The translations under genes and the position numbers were made by a program. 64,000 nucleotides of DNA from Callorhinchus milii (taxonomy: Eukaryota): contig NW_024704759.1 in assembly GCF_018977255.1 (NCBI RefSeq), positions 186,001-250,000 on the forward strand. The letters run 5' to 3'. Positions 47,101-56,939 of this stretch are shown piece by piece; within the stretch, counting starts at the first letter, position 1; the number at the start of each line of letters is the position of its first letter. The notes under the pieces were generated by a model that saw nothing but the letters and a program-made list of their open reading frames with translations, had not been told where the DNA came from and made no database searches.

Positions 47101-48976
47101 TGGAGATATGGTGCATTGTGCCTGACGTCAATCCCTGTTCAGTCAGGAGAAAACACATTTTGATCCCAGCAACTGTTGTTGCTCCCTTTGTTAAAGCTTG
47201 TCTGATTCCTGTGTCTCTCTCCAGGTCAATGCTGCCAGATGTAGTGGATGATTTTAGAGCCAAACACCCACACTGCCTGGACCTTGAGGCCTTGTTCTAC
47301 TCATTCTATGTCTTCTTCACCAAATTTGCCGCTGGCGCCTCACTCGGATTCTCAACTTTGTGTCTGCAGTAAGTTCCTCAAAGTCTCATGGCTCACACAG
47401 CCTTATGTTCTGTGCAGGATCATATCTGGTACAAGTACACAACTTCACATCCGGTCACCCACGCAACTGACAGGTTTCCATCTCCCGTAGCCTCACCAAC
47501 CAGTTTGTGTATGATGTATGATGCTGGCACTGACCACATCAGCATCCAAGGCCGCACTCTAAACCTCTCAAAGCCATCAGGAACCTCAGGGTTCTGTTCG
47601 ACCCTGAGCTGTCCTTTCTCCCTCATATCCACGCCACAACTGGCACCGCCTTCCATCACCTCCGGAATGTCGCCAGACTACGTCACTACCTCACCCCTCA
47701 CGCGGCTGAAACTCTGGTCCACTCCTTTATCACCTCAAGGCTGGACTATGGGAACTCTCTCCTCGCCGGCCTTCCCGGCCCTCCCTCCACACTGCAGGTC
47801 ATTCAGAACTCTGCAGCTCGTGTACTGTCCCGCACCATCGGTGGCCGGGCCTTCAGCCTCTCAGCCCCGAGGCTCTGGAACTCTATCCCCCAGTGCCTTC
47901 GCCGCCTCCTCCCTTTCCTCCTTCAAGGCCGGTCTCAAGACCTTTCTCTTTGACCGTGCCTTCAGCTCCCCTCTCGAATCTCTACCCCCTCCTCGCTCCC
48001 TCCTTTCCCTCCCCCTAACCATTTCCCCCCAATGCTCGGGTCCTGACCCAACTGTACAGCGCCTTGGGACGTCCTCCCGACGTGAAAGGCGCTCAATAAA
48101 TGGAATCTTGTTGTTGTGTTATTATTGTGACTTCCCACATTGGAATGTGATATGAAGGGTCAGTTCATATAGTACTTATACCAAAATGGTTCTCTCTCTC
48201 TTCAGTTTCTCGGGTTACAGAGCTGGCACCTGTTCACATTCACCAACCGTGGCCATTACTCTGAGGGTCCTGATAGCTCCCATTCCAATAACGCTACTAC
48301 TTATTGGCTTAGTAATATTTTACTTTTATCCAATCAATGAAACGCGAAGAAAACAACTGAAGGTGGAGCTTGAGGCAGTCATGTAAGTGAATAAGTTTTT
48401 CCTCACTTTGTCCAAGGCTAAAATATCAACATCTGAAAACATGTGGTCAACATGTGGTTGGAGATTTTTCCTGAAGTACAAACTGGGGGAGGGACTGAAG
48501 AACTAAAGACATGGGACCCAGGTGTGTGAAGGGGCAGGACCTATTGTGTAGAATTGAGTATAGTTTGTAACAAAATACTGATCACAAACTATAAGTTTTC
48601 TATAAGTTTGCAGGGCTATGGGGAAAGCGCGGGGAAGTGGGATTGATTTGGATTTGGATATCTCTTTAAAAAGAGCCAGCATAGGCACGATGTGCTAAAT
48701 GGCCTCTTTCTGTGCTATATGATTCTCTGAAACCTAAAAACAACAACTTGCACTTATATAGCACCCCACCACGTAGGGTAGTGTCTCAGAGCGCTTAACA
48801 ACTGGAACCCGAGAGGTTGAGGAAAGCTGCTTGATGAAAATCTTGTGCTTCTGGTGTCTGGGATATCTTGAACACCATGGCTGACCGTGTGGGTTTATAC
48901 AACAGCTCATTTTGTCCCCTTGTTTCTCAGCAGGAGAGACTGGGAATCTGAGCTGGAAGAAATCCACACACTTTGA
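35114..48976 (+). CDS. MFSD2-family (MFSD2A-like) lipid/Na+ symporter, about 519 aa. Exons: 35114-35194 (alternative 34980-35009), 36083-36208, 37701-37825, 39192-39324, 40296-40374, 41559-41713, 43013-43103, 44660-44781, 45234-45317, 46092-46175, 46669-46781, 47225-47368, 48206-48382, 48931-48976
   Basis: All introns GT-AG with consistent phases (1560 nt). Motifs KLCFAMGGAPYQ, GRVWDAFTDP, CFHVPYSALTMF, RDSATAFR, IQGQIVG, LLPWSMLPDV, FYVFFTKFA, YPINE. Exon structure follows MFSD2A. First and last exons are less certain. Confidence 0.92.
35197..35870 (+). repeat. G-rich minisatellite (GGGGCCACTCTGGGGGGCTGC)n at the start of the MFSD2-like intron 1
   Basis: Begins immediately after the donor CAG|GTGACT. 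Confidence 0.93.
36584..36964 (+). repeat. Diverged direct duplicate of about 35850-36094 carrying a CR1 3'-end insert (about 36815-36935)
   Basis: Colinear match from CACTCTGGGGGGCTGCTTG to CTTTTTCCACAGAAGCAGAAGGCT. Confidence 0.88.
37325..37545 (-). mobile_element. CR1 3' end
   Basis: ATAGGAACATAGGAACAGGAGTAGG... is the reverse complement of a CR1 tail. Confidence 0.75.
43115..44130 (-). mobile_element. Old degraded CR1 fragment
   Basis: GAATCATAGAATC tail and RT-like remnants in reverse orientation. Confidence 0.55.
47535..48117 (+). mobile_element. L2 3' fragment, close relative of about 2730-3541, with an internal deletion
   Basis: Near-identical sequence and the same ORF translation (LSKPSGTSGFCSTLSC...). 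Confidence 0.9.
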
Positions 48977-50839
48977 GGAACACTTTATCAGCTGCAACGT
49001 CAGGTTCCTGAATTGGTGCCGTATTAGAGTGGAACCGATTTGCTTATCTGAACTTGAAGTGCACCACATGGAACTCAGTTACACAAAATGTCAGTAAAAC
49101 CAACAACTACATGGACCTCAATAAATCACAAATCCTTTCTATCCATTCTTAATGAGATGGCTGTGCTAGAAAATAAAGAGGCATGAATTAGTTTTCTAAC
49201 TAAATCAATTTGTTATGTTTTATTAAATTCTCATGGAGGACAATCATCCTGAACTGATGCTACATCTAATCTATCACCTCCACAATATTGTCCATTTACA
49301 CCCTATCTTACTATGGCTGCTGTAAATCTTCATGTCCAGAAGAGATTTCCCCAATCTGGAATGTTGCTCTGCATTTAGCATACATTAACTCAGGACAGAC
49401 CAACCTTTTGGCTGCCGTGGGCTGGATTCCCTATTTGAGAAAGGTCCGCAGGTCGCATCCAGCAAGTGGAAGTTGGAATGATGGAAATGGTCGCGGGCCG
49501 GATAAAGTTATCGTTGGACCACACTGCGTAACTCATCCCAAACCCATTCCTAATTCACACCTGAAATTCCTAGCCATATTTGGCTCACTACCTACTCACT
49601 ATCATTCTGGTTTGCTTCTGTCCCACTTCCTCTGCTTACTCTGTGGAGGCTAAGTTCACCCTGGTAGTGGGGATTGTGCCTCAGGATATTGACTGTGAGA
49701 CAAAAATGCACATTTGTATAAATGTGGTAATTTGTATAATGGAACATATTTCATTAGTCTCAATTTTCAAAAAGATTTTTTTAATAGATTTTTGGAAGCA
49801 TTTTCCTGGTTGTTATTACAATGACTTCTGACAAACAACTTTCTCACCTTGAATCCTCATTGCCCACAACCAGCCGATTATTGAAACAGATTTATTAAAA
49901 AATGTAATTATTTCTGGCATTAAGAGTTTTGCAGCAATCTCTGTTGCATTAATCAGCATTAAACGTATTGTAAATTACTCTTCATGAATTTCAAGATTTA
50001 TCATTTCTAATACAACTTCTTGTGGCAGCAAAGAACTACATACAAGATAAGAACATAAGAATTTGCTAGGCTAAAGAAGACTAAGGTGCATCTAGTTTGT
50101 CTTCCACCATCCTGGCAGTTGCTGGACAGGCTATGTCCCAAACGATATACTGTATCCTGAGATATTATTTTCTAGCAGAAATCTATTTAATTTGTTCTTG
50201 AAACAAATGACATTTTCTACTTGCACTGTTTCCCTAGTGAGCCTGTCCGATTAATTTATTAAGATGAGTACACTCTGTATTTGGGGGTGTAGCAATATTA
50301 AGTCCTTGTTCTAATGTTTAAATCTTTTCAGTCTTATCTCTTCTCATCAATGACTTGTCCTCTATTTCTCCCATTTGTTCTCTCTCCTCTTCTAACTTTG
50401 GTCTACTGTTCGCACCTCCTTCTGTCCCAGTGAATAAATCTTCAGTGCATCGCTACATTGCACCCTGATCTATCTTGTGTCTCTTTAACTCTCTTTTACA
50501 ATCTCTCTTTGACTACCTTTGGTCAAATCCTCAAACTGTCATCAATGGGGGATTCCCCTTGTGTCTGTAAACAATTTCCAGACATTCATCCTATTGTGGA
50601 AGTCGTTATGTAAGTGTGTGTTTATTGACAGTAAGTTTAGCGGAGGAGAGATTCCTGCAGAGAAATATGCATCCGAACAGCAAGTGACGTCAACATGAAA
50701 GAGAGAGACAAAGGGCTGAGCTGCTGAGCTATGGTGAGAGCGATGGTGACGGCGACAATGCTGGTGATGATGACGGCGATGATGATGATGGTGATAGTGA
50801 TGATGGTGATGTAGACACTGACAGCCTCTTCAACAACAG

Positions 50840-51020
50840 CCAGATTGGATCCCACTCATAGCTGCACCAATCACAGCACTCGTAGCTAAGCCAATCACCG
50901 GGCTCGGGGCTGGCCAATCACTGCGCTCGAAGTTGAACCAATCAAAGCGCTCAATCTGAAACAGGATCTACATCCGGGAACTGAAGCTGTAACGGTTGTG
51001 AGCTGATTGGTTAAAATACC
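50840..51020 (+). promoter_or_regulatory. FKBP1A promoter with clustered CCAAT boxes; CRE palindrome upstream at 50685
   Basis: CCAAT at 50867, 50891, 50914 and 50938; ATTGG at 50844 and 51006; TGACGTCA at 50685-50692. Confidence 0.7.
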
Positions 51021-51046
51021 GTTATCACCGCGCGACTCGGGCCCAA

Positions 51047-51457
51047 CCCTCAGCCCTCAGCCCCGAGCCCTCGGCCTCAGCCCCGAGCCCTCAGCCCCGA
51101 GCCCTCGGCCTCAGCCCCGAGCCCTCAGCCCCGAGCCCTCGGCCCCGAGCCCTCGGCCTCAGCCCCGAGCCCTCGGCCTCAGCCCCGAGCCCTCGGCCTC
51201 AGCCCCGAGCCCTCAGCCCCGAGCCCTCGGCCCCGAGCCCTCGGCCTCAGCCCCGAGCCCTCAGCCCCGAGCCCTCAGCCCCGAGCCCTCGGCCTCAGCC
51301 CCGAGCCCTCGGCCTCAGCCCCGAGCCCTCAGCCCCGAGCCCTCAGCCCCGAGCCCTCGGCCTCAGCCCCGGGCCCTCGGCCTCAGCCCCGAGCCCTCGG
51401 CCTCAGCCCCGAGCCCTCAGCCCTCAGCCCTCGGCCTCAGCCCTCAGCCCTCAGCCC
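51047..51457 (+). repeat. C-rich array of CCTCAGC/CCCGAGC/CCTCGG units in the probable FKBP1A 5' UTR
   Basis: Lies between the CCAAT cluster and the ATG. Confidence 0.9.
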
Positions 51458-51475
51458 AGACATAACAGCACAGCG

Positions 51476-54400
51476 ATGGGAGTGCAGGTCGAAACCATCG
51501 CTCCGGGGGACGGTAAGAGATTGACTGGACAGCGGTGTGGGGACGGCTTAATGGCGGTTCTGGCGGGGGCTCCGATAGTCTTAGGCCCCGAGGCCTGGGG
51601 TTCGCAGATGGAAGCCGGGATGTTGCGGGCGGGCGAGCGGGCGGCGGGTGGCCGGGCGGGCGGGCGGGCGAGCGGGCGGCGGGTGGCCGGGCGGGCGGGC
51701 GAGCGGGCGGCGGGTGGCCGGGCGGGCGGGCGGGCGAGCGGGCGGCGGGTGGCCGGGCGGGTGGCCGGGCGGGCGGGCGGGCCGGGGCGGGCGGCGGGTG
51801 GCCGGGCGGCCGGGCGGGCGGGCGGGCCGGGGCGGGCGGCGGGTGGCCCGGGGGGGGGGGCGGGCGCGGGGGCGCGGCCTGGACTAAACTCCGCTTGTTT
51901 TCCAGGACGGACTTTTCCTAAGAAGCAGCAGCGCTGTGTGGTTCACTATGTGGGTGAGTGACGCGCGGCTGTTGGCGACACCAGAGGGGGTCCGATCAGC
52001 AACAATAACAGCGGCGACAGCGCGTGTTCCGGTGGGAGGGGGTCCGGGTCTGAGACTCAGAGCCATGTTCGGTGCCGCCGGGAGGGCCCCGACCACATGT
52101 GCTGTTCTTCATCAAAGTGAGAATCAGTGTAGCGCACTCTGTACAATATATTACACTTAATATTCCCGGTGACAACGGGGACGATCCTCAATTACACAAA
52201 GTTTGAAGCAAACCACACAGAATAAAAGTCTATGGAGAGCCTATTAACGCTGTGGGGGGGGGGGGGCGGCACTGCCCGGCGGGAGCAGCCGGTGGTGGAG
52301 CGGCACTGCCCGGCGGGAGCAGCCGGTGGTGGAGCGGCACTGCCCGGCGGGAGCAGCGGATATCTGCAACTCTTGACAGTGAATATCAGCGCTTACAGTC
52401 CAGTTCCTGTTCCCTGTGTTTGACAATCTCGGTGCTGAGTCTGGGAACCAGATTGAGTTCTGTTTCTTTGACAGATGTTACTTGGGGAGTTACTGAATAT
52501 GTTTAATTTGGATACGAATGTTAACTGTTGTGCCCAGAATTATATAATTACACTTTCAGTAATAACTTGTGCCAGATATCTGAAGCATATATTCAGTTGG
52601 ACCCCTTTATAGTGTAGTGGTTGGGTCTATAAAATCACGTTATAGCATTATAAAAATATCGCCAGTCAGCTTTCTCTGAGACGAGCTGTTTTCGAGTGGT
52701 AGAGACCAACTGTTATCCTTGGGAGAGGAGATAAACCAGGTGAGGAGTTTCTCAAGAGCCCCTTTTTTGGTAAATACATCGTGGAATGAAATGAAAAATG
52801 TATAAACTGACATAAAACAAAAAAGCCAACTGCCATTGCCTGCTGAGTCTTCTAGAACTCAGTCATACTGGTGTACCACTTTCCCCCCATATAAGCCGGA
52901 GATGGAGAAGTGTTGATGTGGAGAAGAGGTGTAAATGTGATAAAAAGAAATAAAACATTTTTAATGGATAAAGTAAAACATGAAATTCCTGAAAAGTATG
53001 ACTGTATTTTGTGGGTGAATGGAGCAGCTAGTCTCCCACAACAATTTCCCACAAACAGCCATGAAGTGAGTACCTGTTTTTGTTTGGGACAGTGCTCTGC
53101 ATCAATTGCCTGGTGTACTCACAAAGACAAAGTCATTACACTTTTTGATCATTCCTGTTAAGCGTTTTAAGATGTTTTGACGAAATGGTAATGCACAGCA
53201 GTGAATTCTGTGAAGCACTTTGAGACATCTCGAAGACATGACAAAGTACTATATCAAATCCAAGAATTATTATTGCATCAAATGTGAAGATTATTATTTA
53301 TGGTCATCCAACATTGGGAATCTTTTATTTTTCTCACTCCTGAACATACAATTTGTCCTGCGGTACAGTTTCATTCGAGTGAGTAGCACCTTGCTCAAAT
53401 GGCTTTCACAGTGAGTGTGAATAGGCTGTTTTACTATAGCAGTTTATTGCCAATCCTAGCATAACAGCACTTTCCAACGTAGTGATATTCTCTCTCTCTC
53501 CATATCCACAAGTGTAAACACCAATTGTAGCATTCCCAGCACACTGATGGTGGTCACGCACCCAAATGAAACATCTGGAAATGGAGGGAACCATGTAATC
53601 ACGGAAGATACTGATAACATTCAAGTTTACTCCCCTAGCATTACTGGTATATATCTTGTGTGAAAGCAACTATATAAATGTAAAGTATTGTTCTACACAC
53701 TATTAAAAGAACAAGATTGGTGCTGCTGGGTTTCAGGATATCTGTATTTAGTTCCCAAAAGAGGGGTAAGGGGAGCTGCCTTAAAACAGAGTGAATGACC
53801 GAGATTGTGACAGCGATAATGTGCGAAAAGTTCCAGCGAGGAATAGTTCTGCTTCAATCCAAAGTGGCCACCAAAATAGAAGCAATAGAAAGAAGCATTA
53901 TAAGTTTTAATGTTCGGGTGTTTCTATGGGGTTGACAAATGTCAGTTGACATGCAACATTTCCATTTACTGACATCTTGCGCTTTACCAACAGGAACACT
54001 GCTAGATGGATCTCAGTTTGATTCCTCTCGTGACAGAGGCAAGCCATTTGCATTTGTAATGGGTCGACGAGAAGTCATCAGAGGCTGGGAAGAAGGAGTG
54101 TCTCAGGTAAAATCGCAGCTTCTCTAGTCTTCTCCTTTTTCAGGATGCTGACCATTGAATGGCCTTGGTGCTCGAGTGCTCATAATAATCCTTGCATCTG
54201 ATATAGCGCCTTATCATATCTTCGAGATGTCTCAAAGCGTTCCATAATTATTCTTCCTTGAAGAGTGAGAAGTCGGAACTGAGGTTAGATATTGTTCAGT
54301 TCATGTGTTTTCTTAGTAACCACGTGACCAGCTGGTGACTTGGCTACAACATGATGTTCTTGGCAGCGGAATGTTAGAATCAAGTCATTCCTCTTGGTTG

Positions 54401-54976
54401 TCCTGTTCCTTAGTCAGGTGGGGCACAGATCTCCAGGGCATTGCTCATGATAGATCAGCCAGCCTGACTCATCAGTAAGACTTGTGGAGGTGGGGAGGGA
54501 GACAAGTCACTGGGGCAATTAGGTACGCAGGGAGCGTCCCTCTAGAGTGTTTGCATTTCCAGACATGAAAATTTCCAAGTGAGGGTAGCATATATAAGTA
54601 GAACTATCTGGTTTGAATACTCTGACCCATGGTAATGGGTTTCTGCATGTGTGACTAAAAAACAATTTGTAGAGTATGTCCAACAGGTTCTTCATTTCCT
54701 TTACTGCAGTGCTCCTTTACTTAAGTGCTCTGCGATGCTGCCGTGCGTGTGGGCGCTATACAAATGCAAGGTGTTTTACAATGTGTAGCTCATCAGTTTC
54801 AAGATGAAAATTGATCTTCACATAATTCTTGTGTATTTTTGTTTTAGATGAGCGTTGGCCAGAGAGCTAAGCTGACCTGCACACCAGAATATGCTTATGG
54901 ATCCAAAGGTTACCCTGGTGTCATTCCACCTAATGCAACTTTGATATTTGATATTGAGCTCCTCCGGCTGGAGTAA
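51476..54976 (+). CDS. FKBP1A: FKBP12 peptidyl-prolyl isomerase, 108 aa. Exons: 51476-51512, 51906-51953, 53994-54106, 54848-54976
   Basis: [18 protein letters not shown]...FDSSRDR...VIRGWEEGV...[14 protein letters not shown]; 327 nt; W59 as in FKBP12; synteny with NSFL1C and SNPH. Confidence 0.95.
51625..51878 (+). repeat. G-rich (GGGC)n/GGGTGGCC array filling most of FKBP1A intron 1
   Basis: Directly visible. Confidence 0.88.
52266..52358 (+). repeat. 34-bp tandem repeat, about 2.7 copies
   Basis: Unit CGGCACTGCCCGGCGGGAGCAGCCGGTGGTGGAG. Confidence 0.85.
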
Positions 54977-56108
54977 CTCATTGGCTGGTAGGTGTAACTG
55001 CACAGCAGCGGTGATTTATTTAACTATTTAAACTCCTTTCCTATTGTTGCTAATTTGGGGAGGAAAAAAGTAGATGCTAGTTTTTTTTTCTTTCTTTTAA
55101 CAGGTTTGTTGCCGCATTTTGGCATGTGAACATTGGCAAGCTTGGAGAGTGCAGTAGCGCCTAGTCTATAATCACACTACACTTACTCTATCTGTCGAGC
55201 ACCCACTGTCAGCATCTATCAACAGCAAGTCCGTTCTTTGCAAACATCCATGGGCTGTCATCTTGCGGACACCTGTGGGCTATAACCGAACCTGTTTCCA
55301 TTTTTGATGTTATTGTGCTTTGCTTTTTATCCAAGACCATGTTGTGCCTGGTAGATCATTTCCTCGATGTTAAATACAAAGAAGCACATCTTGTTTATTC
55401 AGTTAACAGCATGATAATCATTGATTTGACTCATTGAAGCCATAAATGAATGGAACAACTAAACCATTTGGGTATGTAAGTCAGATTTTATATAGCAGAG
55501 ATATACCATCTTGGTTTGTGATTAATACATGTTAGATTCATTTAAGCAGGACATGTTTGTCTTTGCTTGGAATCTAGTCTTGAGCTTTACCTGAAGTTCA
55601 TGAGCTGCCCAGCACCACTGGTTTTCAATCTAATCTGGGGAAATATTATTTAAACCTATGATCGATTTAATGTACTGCAGGAAGTCTGATTTCCTGGTAA
55701 AACTGATTCACAATGCTTGCTTGCAGAAGGTGACCGAGGGAGAAGCTAATACACAGGTAACAAATCATAGGAAAGGCTTAAATCACGGGGGCTGCTGCAG
55801 GAAAACTTGTGATATCACAGCCTTACTGCACTGATTAAATGTGTCTAAATTACATTTCTAACTAAATATACAACTGGATAGATTCCTGAAATTCCAGTGG
55901 CTGTTCCGTGGTATGAGTGTATACTGTGTCCCTCTATCCCTCATTCTCTGATAAATGATTTGTGTGAAACAACTGATGGTGTCCTTTGAAGCTAGTCACA
56001 ATTTGTAATTGAAGTCTGCCAATGCATTCTCTTCTGTGCGGCTTCTGAGATCGTCATTGCACTGTAGCTTTGTGATTGGCGATACAGTAAGTTCCAAAAT
56101 GCTTTTAC

Positions 56109-56114
56109 AATAAA
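56109..56114 (+). terminator. Probable FKBP1A polyadenylation signal
   Basis: AATAAA followed by T/GT-rich sequence at the end of the 3' UTR-like region. Confidence 0.55.
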
Positions 56115-56939
56115 ATGCTTTCTCTAAACCTTATGAAATTGTTGCATTTTTATAAGCGTATTATGTTTGTTTCCTAGCATGTCCATCAATATACCAAGAC
56201 CTGAAAACCATCTCAAACTAGTTGATCTTTTTCCATACTTTGAGTGTCTGGCATCCCCCAATTGTCCATATAGTGTTTCTACAAGCATTACAGTTGGTAG
56301 CCTAATCCATGAGCAACACTTCGGCAACAGTTGTGTATGAATGGGAAACAAAGGACAGACTTTGCAAATTGAAATCATTTTTTTAATATAAAAACAGGAA
56401 ACTATTTCATATTTGATAGACCTTGCCACTGCTGCTGGGGCGACACACGCACAGAATGAGGAGACGACTGAGGGCAGGACGCTGAGCAGAACAGAGCATC
56501 GTACTGACGACAACCTCCTCATCTAGTCTGTGTGTGAATAGATGTTGACAATAGACCCAAAGAGGCAGGAGTCTGTGACAGACACATGTTGCCATCAATC
56601 CCACCATCTCCCAGACTTCCAGACTCGGATGCCTAAGCCCACTGCCCCCCCACGCTCCAGGTCACACCAACCAGGAAACCTCTTATTGCTCGCTTCTCCG
56701 AGCCATGAGAAGCAAAGGTCCATCCATTTCTAAACTCCCCCCACCCTTCCCCCCCAGCTACAGGTGTGCTGCTTTCTACTGACGGGGTTTTGAATGTTGT
56801 ATTAAAATGATTTGATGTGGGATTTGGCAGGTTTGAGTCTTTATGAAATAAAACGTGTAATTCCAGATCTAACTCCCTCCCGTTCCAAACTCCCAACAAC
56901 TCCTTCTTAAACTATAACAGCTGATGTTGTTCTTAATAA

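Noticed and set aside
50637-50855. 72-aa hydrophobic antisense ORF next to the FKBP1A promoter
   Set aside because: The hydrophobic stretch is the complement of a degenerate (GAT/GGT)n microsatellite; no homology recognised.
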